This document shows positions 10,964-20,126 of a stretch of DNA of 63,769 bases, piece after piece. Each line of letters opens with the position of its first letter. The stretch's first letter is position 1. This DNA comes from a virus (lineage: Duplodnaviria; Caudoviricetes): positions 1-63,769 of the IMG/VR virus record IMGVR_UViG_3300027819_000012; one strand, 5' to 3'. Position numbers and translations under genes: made by a program. Below the pieces are notes generated by a model, which did not search any database, was not told the origin of the DNA, and saw only the letters and a program-made list of their open reading frames with translations.

Positions 10964-11311
10964 TCACTCCTGCGCGCCCTTGTCGGGTGCGGTGGCGCGC
11001 TCGAGCAGCTCCTCGTCGAGCGCGGCCAGCAGTGACTTGCGGGGCGTTTCGGCCGCGCTCTCCGCGGCGCGTGCGAGCTCGAGCTGTTCCACCGGGAGGT
11101 CGCGCAGCGCAGCGGTGATCTGTTTCACCGTGTGCGCCAACAGCTCGGCGATCGGGTCCTTCGGCTGGGGCGCAGGTTCGGCCGGCGCCGGCGCCGGGCG
11201 CAGGTGCAGCGGGACAAACTCCTCGTCGATGTGCCGCGTCTCGCCGGCCGGGATCATGTGGCCGTGCACATACATCGGCATGGCCGTCTTGTTCGATACG
11301 GGGATCTTCAT
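10964..11311 (-). CDS. Hypothetical head-associated protein
   Basis: MKIPVSNKTAMPMYVHG...; C-terminal helical AAETPRKSLLAAL motif common after capsid genes. Confidence 0.65.
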   Translation of the reverse strand: MKIPVSNKTAMPMYVHGHMIPAGETRHIDEEFVPLHLRPAPAPAEPAPQPKDPIAELLAHTVKQITAALRDLPVEQLELARAAESAAETPRKSLLAALDEELLERATAPDKGAQE

Positions 11312-11336
11312 CAGGGCCTCTCTAGTTCGCCGGCAC

Positions 11337-11365
11337 CCCGCCACCCGGTGAGCTGGATGGCGGGG
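11337..11365 (-). terminator. Hairpin after major capsid gene
   Basis: CCCCGCCA...TGGCGGGG inverted repeat; no U-tract. Confidence 0.4.
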
Positions 11366-11408
11366 TTACGGCGGCTCTCTTCACGGAGGTATCCGTTACC
11401 GGCGCCTG

Positions 11409-14000
11409 TTACCGATCCACGCGGGCCGAAGCGCTGTAGAGCACGATGCCCGTGTAGGCGGCCTTCAGCGGCGTGGGCGTGTGCAGCACCACGAACTGGT
11501 CGCCGTACGCCTCTTTCTTGCCCGTGAAGCGGCCGTTCGAGTCGCGCTGGTCCTGGAGCTGGCCCATCGACCAGGGCTTCATCATCCGGAAGCGGGTCTG
11601 CGCGCGCTGCCCGATGATCACGCGCGTGTCGGCCATGTTGAGGCCGGGAGCGGTGCTCTTGAAGTTGGCGATGTCCTTGATCCGCCCGAGGTTGCCGTCT
11701 GCGGCGAGGTCGGTGCCGGCGCGGGCGAAATTGGCGCTGAACTGCTTCGCCTGCTCGATTTGCGTGCGCACGGTGCCGCTCATGAGGCCGAAGTTAGCCG
11801 CGAAGTAGCGCTCGTCCTCGATCACCGCCTTGCGCAGGCCATAGCGGTAGAGGAACTTGTTCCAGTGATCGTCGGTGGCGTCGGTGCCGAGATCGGTGTC
11901 GAACTGGTACACGTTGGTCGTGTAGGTGTAGCTCACCACCACTGCCGCCGTGTTGGCCGGCGCCGTGGCGACGCCCAGCTCGGAGACGAAATGGATCTCG
12001 CCGAGGTTGTAGTCCATCGTCCAGTACAGGCCCGCGGCCTGCGTGCCGGTGCCGTCGTATTCGGTCTTCGACGCGGCAGCGACGGTTACCGTGATGCCGT
12101 AGAGCGTCGACCCCACCTGGTTGCCCTGCAGGTCGTAGATCTTCTTCGGCCGGAGAACGGGGAAGTTGTCGAGCTTGAAGATCGTCTTCGCGCCGTCGCC
12201 GGTGGCCGTGGCTTCGTTGACCACCGCGGTGCTGGCGTACTGGTCCGCCGCGTTCAGGACCTCGTCGAAGATCAGCTTCTCGGTGTCCTCGCCCACGATC
12301 CGGGAGGCGTTGCGCACGTTCTCCGTGACCGCGTCCCAGTCGATCTGGCCGTTGGAGGTGAGATAGCGCAGCTCGTCCGAGACCTCGAAGGCGAGCTTCT
12401 GCGGAATCGGGTAGGCCGTGTCGGAGGTCTGCTTCACGCCGGCGCGAGGAATCGAGCCGCCCTCGTACACCCGCGTCGAAGAACGACCGGCCGCGGTGGT
12501 ATCGCGATAGCTGTAGGGGATCAGCGCCGAGGTCGCGAAGGGCAGCGTGCCCACATCCACGAACTGCAGCCCGATCAGGCTGTAGAGCGCCTCGCGAATC
12601 ACGGTGCGCTCGAAGATCGCCGGCACCGCGACGTCGGACACCTTGCCATCGCCGGCGGCGAGCAGCTTGTGCTCGGCGTGCAGCGCCGCGGCGTGCGCGG
12701 CGTCGTACTCCGCCAGCACCTTCTCGACCAGCGCCTTGTTCTCGTCGAGCAGCTTGCCGCCGGTGGCGGCGAAGCGGCGCGATTCGGCCATGCCGGCGTA
12801 GCCCAAGCGCTTATCCACCGCCTCCTGCAGCGCCTTGATGGCGTTGGTGTCGTCGATGGTGATGTGCGGCGAGCCGGTCACGCGCATGAAGCCCATGCCC
12901 GCGAGCTTCTGCGCCGCGACGATCCTGTTGCCCGAGCCGATCTGCGTCTCGGCCAGGCGTTTCACCTGGTCGTCGGTCATGTCCGGCGTGACCAGGTCCG
13001 CGACGGAAGTGGTCAGCTCCTTGCGCAGTTCCTCCGGGATCCCGGCGGCCGCGTTGATCGTGTCGGTGAGGAGCTTCACCTTGGCGGTCTTGGTCTCGGC
13101 GAGCTTCCTCGCGGTGTCGGCCTCGGCCTTGCGGGTATCCTCCATCAGCTTTTTGACCTGTTCCTCGGTCATGCCGCCGGCGGCGAGCTGCTTGGGCGCC
13201 TCGAGCTGCACGATCACGGTCTTGTCGCCGATCTGTTCGGCGAGCTTGATGCCGGTCGCCTCGAAAGAGACGATCAGTGCCTCGGCCGCGGCCTTGTCCG
13301 TGATGGGGCCGAGGGTTTTCTCGGCGGTGGCGACGAGCTGGTCGATGACGGCCTCGGCGAGCTTGGTGGTCTTCAGTTTTTCGCTGAGGCGCTTGAGAAG
13401 GTCTTTCCACATGATCTGGAGCTCCTGTAACAATCGGGATTGAAGTTCGGGATGCACGAGCGTGGGCGCGTCGCTGTCGTCGGGCTCGGCGAGCTGGATC
13501 GGATCCAGCCGCTTGATCGTCGGGCGGATCGTGAGAGCCGCGCCCAGCAGCACGGGACCGTGCTTCGCGCCGGTCTCGTTGTCCTGCCAGTTTTCGGTGA
13601 ACTCCGCCGAGAGATACAGATAGCCCTTGTTGCGGATCGCGTCGACGCCGTAGGGTGTCCACTCCACGCGCGCCCGCAGCTTCCCGCCGTCCACGGTGAG
13701 CTCGACGATCTTGCCGGCCGCGCCGGCGCTGGGCTTGTGATCGATGTCGACGAAGACTTCCTGGCCATAGGCGCCCTTGCGGAAGTTCTCGACCATCGCG
13801 GAGAGCATCTGCCGCGTGATTTCGAATTCCCCATAGCGCGGGTCGCGGAAGGTGCCGGTGCGCGTGAGGGTCACCCAGGAGGTCGGCGCCGCCCCGTCCA
13901 GGGCGGGCATCGGCATGCCGGAGAGGAAGCGCAGCGTGCCCTCGTGGGGCCCCGCTTCCAGCCGAAATACACGCGCAGTCCGCATCAACGCCTCAGGCAC
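11409..14000 (-). CDS. Fused Mu-like prohead protease - scaffold - major capsid protein
   Basis: N-terminal Mu gpI-like protease (VDIDH, AAGKI, VEWT, YLSAEF, LLGAALTIRP), Lys/Glu/Ala coiled coil, then capsid-like region (YEGGSIPRA, KLAFEVSDE); start may be ATG 13985. Confidence 0.85.
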   Translation of the reverse strand: MPEALMRTARVFRLEAGPHEGTLRFLSGMPMPALDGAAPTSWVTLTRTGTFRDPRYGEFEITRQMLSAMVENFRKGAYGQEVFVDIDHKPSAGAAGKIVELTVDGGKLRARVEWTPYGVDAIRNKGYLYLSAEFTENWQDNETGAKHGPVLLGAALTIRPTIKRLDPIQLAEPDDSDAPTLVHPELQSRLLQELQIMWKDLLKRLSEKLKTTKLAEAVIDQLVATAEKTLGPITDKAAAEALIVSFEATGIKLAEQIGDKTVIVQLEAPKQLAAGGMTEEQVKKLMEDTRKAEADTARKLAETKTAKVKLLTDTINAAAGIPEELRKELTTSVADLVTPDMTDDQVKRLAETQIGSGNRIVAAQKLAGMGFMRVTGSPHITIDDTNAIKALQEAVDKRLGYAGMAESRRFAATGGKLLDENKALVEKVLAEYDAAHAAALHAEHKLLAAGDGKVSDVAVPAIFERTVIREALYSLIGLQFVDVGTLPFATSALIPYSYRDTTAAGRSSTRVYEGGSIPRAGVKQTSDTAYPIPQKLAFEVSDELRYLTSNGQIDWDAVTENVRNASRIVGEDTEKLIFDEVLNAADQYASTAVVNEATATGDGAKTIFKLDNFPVLRPKKIYDLQGNQVGSTLYGITVTVAAASKTEYDGTGTQAAGLYWTMDYNLGEIHFVSELGVATAPANTAAVVVSYTYTTNVYQFDTDLGTDATDDHWNKFLYRYGLRKAVIEDERYFAANFGLMSGTVRTQIEQAKQFSANFARAGTDLAADGNLGRIKDIANFKSTAPGLNMADTRVIIGQRAQTRFRMMKPWSMGQLQDQRDSNGRFTGKKEAYGDQFVVLHTPTPLKAAYTGIVLYSASARVDR

Positions 14001-14075
14001 GGGCAGAAGGCCCGCTCGTGGGCGATGATTACGGAACGGTCAAGCCGTTTCTATGGAAGGGAAATGTCCGGCCGA

Positions 14076-14104
14076 TTGACCGGGCGGGCGGACAGGGCTA
14101 CGAT
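14076..14104 (+). promoter_or_regulatory. Sigma70 promoter of moron gene
   Basis: TTGACC-N17-TACGAT; AAAGGAG RBS before ATG 14197. Confidence 0.75.
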
Positions 14105-14196
14105 GCGCCGGTGATCTCCCCGATCACACCCTGCCCGGGATTCGGGCCCATCGAAGAAGCCGGCCGTATGGCACGGTAGAACGAAAGGAGCAAGCC

Positions 14197-14646
14197 ATGG
14201 TCGTATCCAACCGCATCTCTGTTTACGTCGGCGAACAGATGCTCAGCGCGCTGTCCAATCGGGAACGCGAAGGCGAAGGGCTATCGGGCCTGGTAAATTC
14301 GATCGTCGATCGATACTGGCGCTGTTGCGAGCGATCCATGCCGGAACTCAAACTCGGAGAATGGTGTTGCATCTTCGACGCGCTGAACGGGTGCTGGATG
14401 CAGGAGTTCGCGGAGAGCCTGCCCACCTACCTGATCGCCGAGGTGGCGGATCACATCAAGCTGAACGGCGCTGCACAGAAGTGGGCGATCAACGGCGAGG
14501 CGCTGCTCGGCAAGCTGGTCGCGCTCGACTATGCGCAAGCCATGGCCGTATGGGACGCTGCCGAGCGCTTCTGGCGCGACAAATCCAACGATCCGCCCGG
14601 CGTGCTGGTGCCCGATATCGTCGGGGATGAGCACGTCGTCGGCTAA
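14197..14646 (+). CDS. Moron: hypothetical protein with possible N-terminal ribbon-helix-helix
   Basis: 149 aa on the opposite strand with own promoter and RBS; RISVYV strand followed by two helices. Confidence 0.8.
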   Translation: MVVSNRISVYVGEQMLSALSNREREGEGLSGLVNSIVDRYWRCCERSMPELKLGEWCCIFDALNGCWMQEFAESLPTYLIAEVADHIKLNGAAQKWAINGEALLGKLVALDYAQAMAVWDAAERFWRDKSNDPPGVLVPDIVGDEHVVG

Positions 14647-14679
14647 GGCCGCGGCAGGCGTCAGGTTCGCCGATCTATC

Positions 14680-14706
14680 CCCGCCCGGCGGGGTGCACCC
14701 GGGCGG
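14680..14706. terminator. Hairpin between convergent genes
   Basis: CCGCCCGG-N10-CCGGGCGG. Confidence 0.45.
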
Positions 14707-14712
14707 CGAGTC

Positions 14713-15021
14713 TCAAGCGACAGCCCCCTCCGGTAGATCCGCAGCCGGCGGCGGTGGATACGCGGCCTGAAGCGTCTCGGGCAAGTGCCAACACCGTCCG
14801 AGCACGACCGCCATCTCCGCCTCACTCTTGAGCGGGTCCCGGATGAGATGTACCGTCGGATAGGGGTCGCCAGTTATGTCGCCACGCGTTTTGCCCTCCG
14901 CCGCCAGCTCCAGCACCCGCGCCGCGTCCCGCCCGCGGACAGCCCCGCTCTCCGGATCCCACTCGAACTCGAGATCCGTCTCGTGCACCGTCAGCGGTTT
15001 CAGGTGGTACTTACGGAACAT
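14713..15021 (-). CDS. Small protein coupled to MuF; candidate immunity protein
   Basis: 102 aa; start overlaps the MuF stop by 11 bp. Confidence 0.7.
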   Translation of the reverse strand: MFRKYHLKPLTVHETDLEFEWDPESGAVRGRDAARVLELAAEGKTRGDITGDPYPTVHLIRDPLKSEAEMAVVLGRCWHLPETLQAAYPPPPAADLPEGAVA

Positions 15022-16852
15022 AGTGGTAGAGCAGCCCGATCACCAGGTTGAACATTTCGCGGTCCTTTGAGAGCAGGTCCGCGAGCCTGCGCGCGTCATT
15101 TGCGAGCACGTCCTCGAAGGCCATGGTCATGACCTCAAGCGCCCCGTGCTTGCCCTGATAGGGCAGCGACGGGTGGGAGTATTCCCGGCCCTGGTAGGGG
15201 TGGACGTACTTGTCTTCGCGCGTCACTTCGTCTGTACCATAGCCGCGGCCGGGGAGCAAGCGGCGTAGCGTTTTCAGCGGGTCGCCGGCGGTCCGCAGGT
15301 GGTGCAGATCCTGGAAGAAATCGTCGAGCCGGGGGAGCGCATGCTGCAGCCGGTGGGTGTATTCGTGCACCGCGGACGCGAAATTGCGCGCCTCGATCTG
15401 CCCGCTGCCGTCGCTCATGCCACGGTAGTAGGCCCTGCCCTCCCGGTAGCGCGCTTCGAGCGGCCCGAAGCGGTCGGCGCGCCTGGTCCAGTCGTCGGGG
15501 AACATTCGCGATGCGGCCCGGACCAGGTCCGCGCCAGCCCCCTCGTTCCTGACCTTGGCCTGTGTCTCGGTCGGGCGCACCTGGTTGAGGTCCCGGTGCA
15601 GGATCTCGCCGAAGTTCGCACCGATCCCGCCCTCCGCGGCCTGTGCCTGGGCGATCAGCTCGTCGACCTTCTCCGCGCCCAGCCGGACGAAATCATCCAG
15701 CGCCTTGCGGGGCGGGTGCTTGGTCGAGGGCACCGCCGGCGGCGGGATGGGCGGCTCGAGCGGGATCCCGATCCGCGTGCGGACAAGGGAAAGGGGCGTA
15801 CGGATCATGCCCCGGGTGAGCTTGCCGGCGTCGAGGATCGCCTTCTTGTCCTGCCCGAGCACCCCCCGCTGCTGCTCGGGCGTGAGGCGCTTGAGTGCCT
15901 CGATCGGCGTCTCCTTGCCTGACCGGTCGGCCTCCGTGATCTCGTCCTTGAACACGATCTCCACGAACGACAGGGTGTTCGGATGCGCCGGCCAGGGGCA
16001 TTTCTCGCGGCTGGGGTAGACCCCCGGCCCCAGGCCGTAGAGGTTCTGGCGGGAAAGCAGGTCGCAGATGTCCGGCTGAGGATGGGCCGGGGAAAGCAAG
16101 AATCGCCAGCCGACGAAGCCAGGGGCGTTCTCGCCGCCCATCATGTAGGCCTCGCCGTGGGCCCGGTTGATCTCGGTGCGGAACAGGCGCATGGCGTTGT
16201 CCATCGGGCTGCCCACGCCGGTGAAGAGCTGCCCGGTCACCTGCTTGCCGATTTTCGCGGCGTTGGCCGCGTCGATCTTGCCCTGCACCTCGATTGGCAC
16301 GGTCTTGCCGCGGGCAAGGAATTCCCGCGCCGCCTGGCTCGCGCCCTGTCCCTGAATTACCGCCATCTCGATCGCGTTGACCACCTGGTCGCGAGCGCCG
16401 CGATCCAGCCGCCAGATCCGGTCCGAGAGCTGCAGCCCGTCCGCAGCGACGAAGGTGCGCACGAAGTTGAGGGCCTCGTCGCTGACGCGCATGGCGGCCG
16501 ACATGTCGAGCACCGCAGCGCCGCCCTGGGGCTTGAATGGCCTCACGCCGAGATCCGCGGCCGTCTCCAGGCCCTGGGTCATGAGCGCATCGCGCGCCTG
16601 CGCAAGCTCGCGCAGCCGGGATGTCACCTGCGCGAGGACGTTCTGCAGCTCCTGGAGCGCCAAGTTGCCGTCCGGGCCTGCATGGCTCCCGATGCGCTCG
16701 GCGATATCGGCCGCGGCCCGCTTGTATAGAGCCCCCAGCTCCTTCAGCGTCTGCGCGTCGAGCCGCTCGACTTGCCTGTGCGCCGCATAGGTGGCGCGCC
16801 GGATCGTGGCTTGAACCGCAGTGCGGTCGTTCGCTGCGAGCGCAATCGCCAT
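15011..16852 (-). CDS. MuF/gp7-like head morphogenesis protein with C-terminal HExxH metallopeptidase-like domain
   Basis: RLFRTEINRAH, DICD and PAHPNT MuF motifs; Pro-rich linker; HEYTH followed by ALEVMTMAFE. Confidence 0.85.
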   Translation of the reverse strand: MAIALAANDRTAVQATIRRATYAAHRQVERLDAQTLKELGALYKRAAADIAERIGSHAGPDGNLALQELQNVLAQVTSRLRELAQARDALMTQGLETAADLGVRPFKPQGGAAVLDMSAAMRVSDEALNFVRTFVAADGLQLSDRIWRLDRGARDQVVNAIEMAVIQGQGASQAAREFLARGKTVPIEVQGKIDAANAAKIGKQVTGQLFTGVGSPMDNAMRLFRTEINRAHGEAYMMGGENAPGFVGWRFLLSPAHPQPDICDLLSRQNLYGLGPGVYPSREKCPWPAHPNTLSFVEIVFKDEITEADRSGKETPIEALKRLTPEQQRGVLGQDKKAILDAGKLTRGMIRTPLSLVRTRIGIPLEPPIPPPAVPSTKHPPRKALDDFVRLGAEKVDELIAQAQAAEGGIGANFGEILHRDLNQVRPTETQAKVRNEGAGADLVRAASRMFPDDWTRRADRFGPLEARYREGRAYYRGMSDGSGQIEARNFASAVHEYTHRLQHALPRLDDFFQDLHHLRTAGDPLKTLRRLLPGRGYGTDEVTREDKYVHPYQGREYSHPSLPYQGKHGALEVMTMAFEDVLANDARRLADLLSKDREMFNLVIGLLYHYVP

Positions 16853-16854
16853 CG

Positions 16855-18246
16855 TCAATTGCTGATGCTGGTGGCGCTCCCGCCCTTGGGCGCATTGTTC
16901 GGCGTGATGCTGATCCTCTGCGACCGCGCCGGGTCGGTGATCTGGTTCGGATCGGGGTACGGATCCCAGTTCGCGCGCTCCCAATCGATGCGCTCGCGCA
17001 CGTACGCCGGATCGAAGCCCATCTCCTCCCATACCATGCCGGCCGGCAGCCCGATCGCCTTGAGCTTCAGCGCGCGATCGGCCGTCTGGTTTGGCGTCTC
17101 GGTGCGCCGCTCGGCGAAGTCGATGCAGAAGTCCTCCTCATCCGGGTTGATGCCCTTCAACAGGAGCTGCAGCCGGAAGCCCTGCTCGTACACGAACGCC
17201 ATCGTGTCCTGGATGTCGTCGATCTCGTCGTAGTAGTCGCGCTTCAGGTCCTCGAGGATGTCGCGCGCGAGGCCGTCGGTGTAGCCCATCAGCCCCTTCG
17301 GGATTGGCCCGCCGGCGAAAAAGGTGTCGAGCAGGTGCACGATGTCGGCGATCTGATCGAGTTTCGCATCGCCCTGGATTGGAGTAACGGCGCCTTTCTT
17401 GTTGGCGAAGTAATCGGTCGTGATCTCGTGCTGGTTTTTCAGCACCTTGGCCTCGTAGGCCTCCAGCTCGTCTTTGCTCGCGCCTTCGAGCACGTGATGC
17501 AGCCGCAGCGGCGCGCGTACGCGCCGGCGGATGACCAGGTCCTCCTCGGTCATGCATAGTTTCTTCCAGGGCGCGCGCGTGGCGTCGAGGAACGGGCGTC
17601 CGAGCGCGCCCATGTCGTCGAAGTTGTCCGGGTCGAAGCGCGCCATGAAAAGCTGCCACAGCGGGAACGTGGCCAGCTCGCGGCCGGTGGGCACGTCGAA
17701 CTGCACGTAGGCGCGGCGCACGTCCTTGAAGCGGCCGGAGGCATCGACGTCGGGCAGGATGGTCTCCGATGGCATGCGCACGCACGCAGCGACGTTGAAG
17801 GCCTCGTCCAGCACCCACTGCATGGGCAGGTTGCCCTCCATCACAAAACCGCGCGCGTCGCTGCGCAATTTCTCGGGGCGATCGAGCTGCAGCCGGCGGC
17901 CGTACTCCTGCCACATCGCGGAGAGCGCCTTGTTCTCGGTGGCCTGCTGCATGATGAGGCCGCCGCGCACGATATCGCGCGCGCAGCGCGAGTGGATCCG
18001 TTTCACGCGGCCGTCGAGGCGATCCATTTCCCGGATGTCGAGGATCGCCTGGCGCAGGTCCGGATCCACCCACATGACCCGGTAGAGATACTTGAGCTGA
18101 TTCTCCGGCGTTGTGCGCTGGCCGCGCTCGCTGGAGATCGCCGGCGGCTCGTTCGGCAGTTGCGTCGCAACGCCGGCGTCGGCCGCGGGCGGCGTCGGCG
18201 CGCTTTTGCTGCCGATCCACGGAAACATCGTTTGCAGAAGACCCAT
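16855..18246 (-). CDS. Portal protein
   Basis: 463 aa between TerL and MuF. Confidence 0.8.
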   Translation of the reverse strand: MGLLQTMFPWIGSKSAPTPPAADAGVATQLPNEPPAISSERGQRTTPENQLKYLYRVMWVDPDLRQAILDIREMDRLDGRVKRIHSRCARDIVRGGLIMQQATENKALSAMWQEYGRRLQLDRPEKLRSDARGFVMEGNLPMQWVLDEAFNVAACVRMPSETILPDVDASGRFKDVRRAYVQFDVPTGRELATFPLWQLFMARFDPDNFDDMGALGRPFLDATRAPWKKLCMTEEDLVIRRRVRAPLRLHHVLEGASKDELEAYEAKVLKNQHEITTDYFANKKGAVTPIQGDAKLDQIADIVHLLDTFFAGGPIPKGLMGYTDGLARDILEDLKRDYYDEIDDIQDTMAFVYEQGFRLQLLLKGINPDEEDFCIDFAERRTETPNQTADRALKLKAIGLPAGMVWEEMGFDPAYVRERIDWERANWDPYPDPNQITDPARSQRISITPNNAPKGGSATSISN

Positions 18247-18249
18247 CGT

Positions 18250-18468
18250 CTACTCCTTGGCAATCATTTCATCGCCGCGCATGAACGGGCCCGCGCTGGC
18301 GTTGGGCAGCTCGCGCGGCGGGCCGATGTAGATGATCGAGCGCCACCCGTCGATCAGGCCCGCCTGGTGCAACGCGCGGATGGACGGGATGGCGTTGGGC
18401 AATTCGCGCAGGACGTATTCCCGCTGTTCCGCGACGCGCTCCTGCTCGGCCTGGTTCAGCGGCTTCAC
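18250..18468 (-). CDS. Hypothetical protein
   Basis: GTG start, ~72 aa (KPLNQAEQERV...LHQAGLIDGWRSI), fills the TerL-portal gap. Confidence 0.55.
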   Translation of the reverse strand: MKPLNQAEQERVAEQREYVLRELPNAIPSIRALHQAGLIDGWRSIIYIGPPRELPNASAGPFMRGDEMIAKE

Positions 18469-18482
18469 GGAGGAGCGCCCAT

Positions 18483-20126
18483 CTACGCCGCCCTCGGCAA
18501 CGCCGGCGCCTGCCCGAGCAGCTGCTCCCGGGTCTGGGTGTGGCTGCTGATGATGGTGGGCACGTCGATCGCGCCGCGCGTCGCGAGCGCCCACACCGCG
18601 GCCATGGCGGCGTCGAACAGGTCGTCGCCGAGCTTGCGGTCGGCCATCTTGAAGCTTGCGTAAGTCGCCTTGGTCGGCTCGGCGCGGATGTTGGCGAGCT
18701 GCCGCACGAGCGCATGCCAGTCTCCATCCTCCGCTGCAACGTCGGAGATCCTCGGCACCACGCTGAGCTCCGCCCGGCCACCGGCCTTGATCGATGCGAC
18801 CTCGTCGTCGAAATACGGAATCGCCGCCTGCCCGTTGTGAAAGATAGAGCGCACCGCGGAGGCCATCGAATGCTTGACCATGCCTTCGAAGCGCAGCGGC
18901 GCGAACGGCCACTGCGGCCAGGTGCTGGCCGTGCTCTCGCCGTCGCCGATCGTGCGCCGATCGATCTCCGTCAGCCCGCGGGCGAAGAGTCGGTCGTTGA
19001 GGCTGGTCAGCATCCCAACTCCGTAGGCGTCGCCGATCGCGTAGTCGGGCCGGAAGTAGTCCCACAGCCCGAAGAGGTCCAGCTCGATCACCTTGTCGTC
19101 GGTGCCTGCGGGCCAGGTCTTCACGAACGGAATAGTGGTGAAGCTGCCGATCTGTTCGGTGACCACCAGCGCCGCCTTGGAGGCGGTGAGGCTCTCGCCG
19201 TGCCCGGTATGGTCGTAGCCGAAGCTGATCAGGCCGCGTTTGGTGTAGCGCGCCCCGGGCATGGGCTCCGCGGCTGCCAGGCGCGCGCGCAGGCCCACGA
19301 TCAGCGCCTGGCGGATGTAGCGCTCCCAGATCCAGTTCTGCGCGCTGACGTTGCGGCACAGGAACTGCCGGATGTATTCGCCGGCCGGCAACTCCGTGCG
19401 CATGCGCAGCATGAATTCCTCGTTCAAGAGGCCCAGCTCGATCGCCAGGTGCACGTTGACGATCGGCAGCATGTGGTACGTGCCCGCGCGGATCATCTGC
19501 TCGAGCGTGTCCGCGCCCTTGAAGACGCCCGTCACCCGCACCTGCGGCTTGAACGACACCTCGCGCGAGACGCCCAGCCGGCGCGCCGACCCGAGCATGG
19601 GCAGGAAGCGCGACAGCAGCCGGTCCGCCGGCAGGTCGTCGATCTCCTCGATCGAGGCGTAGGAGAGCGCATCGCCGTCGATCTGGCTCATGATCCCGTA
19701 CGCGGAGGCCTTCGAGCCGTTCACGAACTGGTAGCGCGTGTCGGTGAGCTGCTCGCGGCCGCTCTTCCACGCCACGTAGCCGCGCAGGATTTGCGAGCGC
19801 CGGATGGCGTCGGTGTGATAGGTGAGGTTTGTCTGCGCCTGCTGCAGCCGCGGGGACACGATGCCCAGCTCCTGATGCGGCTGCGTGGCGAGGTACTTCA
19901 GCGCGTGCATTTCCTTCACTACCGTTTTCCCGGTCCGCCGACAGGACACGTCGATGGTGTAGGGGTTCTGATCCATCTCCATGCACTTGATGAGTTGCAT
20001 GGGATCGAGCTCGACGTTGTGCACGTGCTTGTGCCACAGCGCGTGGTCGTCGGCGTAGCGCAGCACCTCGCGCTCCGCGCGGATGCTGGTTTTCAGCCTG
20101 TCCCGGGCACTCAGCCGCAGCGTCAA
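18483..20126 (-). CDS. terL: Terminase large subunit
   Basis: Walker A variant SCRRTGKT, Walker B variant ASIEEID, nuclease acidic motifs FGYD and DDLFDA. Confidence 0.85.
   Translation of the reverse strand: MTLRLSARDRLKTSIRAEREVLRYADDHALWHKHVHNVELDPMQLIKCMEMDQNPYTIDVSCRRTGKTVVKEMHALKYLATQPHQELGIVSPRLQQAQTNLTYHTDAIRRSQILRGYVAWKSGREQLTDTRYQFVNGSKASAYGIMSQIDGDALSYASIEEIDDLPADRLLSRFLPMLGSARRLGVSREVSFKPQVRVTGVFKGADTLEQMIRAGTYHMLPIVNVHLAIELGLLNEEFMLRMRTELPAGEYIRQFLCRNVSAQNWIWERYIRQALIVGLRARLAAAEPMPGARYTKRGLISFGYDHTGHGESLTASKAALVVTEQIGSFTTIPFVKTWPAGTDDKVIELDLFGLWDYFRPDYAIGDAYGVGMLTSLNDRLFARGLTEIDRRTIGDGESTASTWPQWPFAPLRFEGMVKHSMASAVRSIFHNGQAAIPYFDDEVASIKAGGRAELSVVPRISDVAAEDGDWHALVRQLANIRAEPTKATYASFKMADRKLGDDLFDAAMAAVWALATRGAIDVPTIISSHTQTREQLLGQAPALPRAA

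Noticed and set aside
38-13443. Long plus-strand ORFs (e.g. 503-1666, 4953-6041, 11481-13430) and alternate-frame minus ORFs
   Set aside because: Antisense or frame shadows of GC-rich phage genes; Arg/Ala-rich with no motifs
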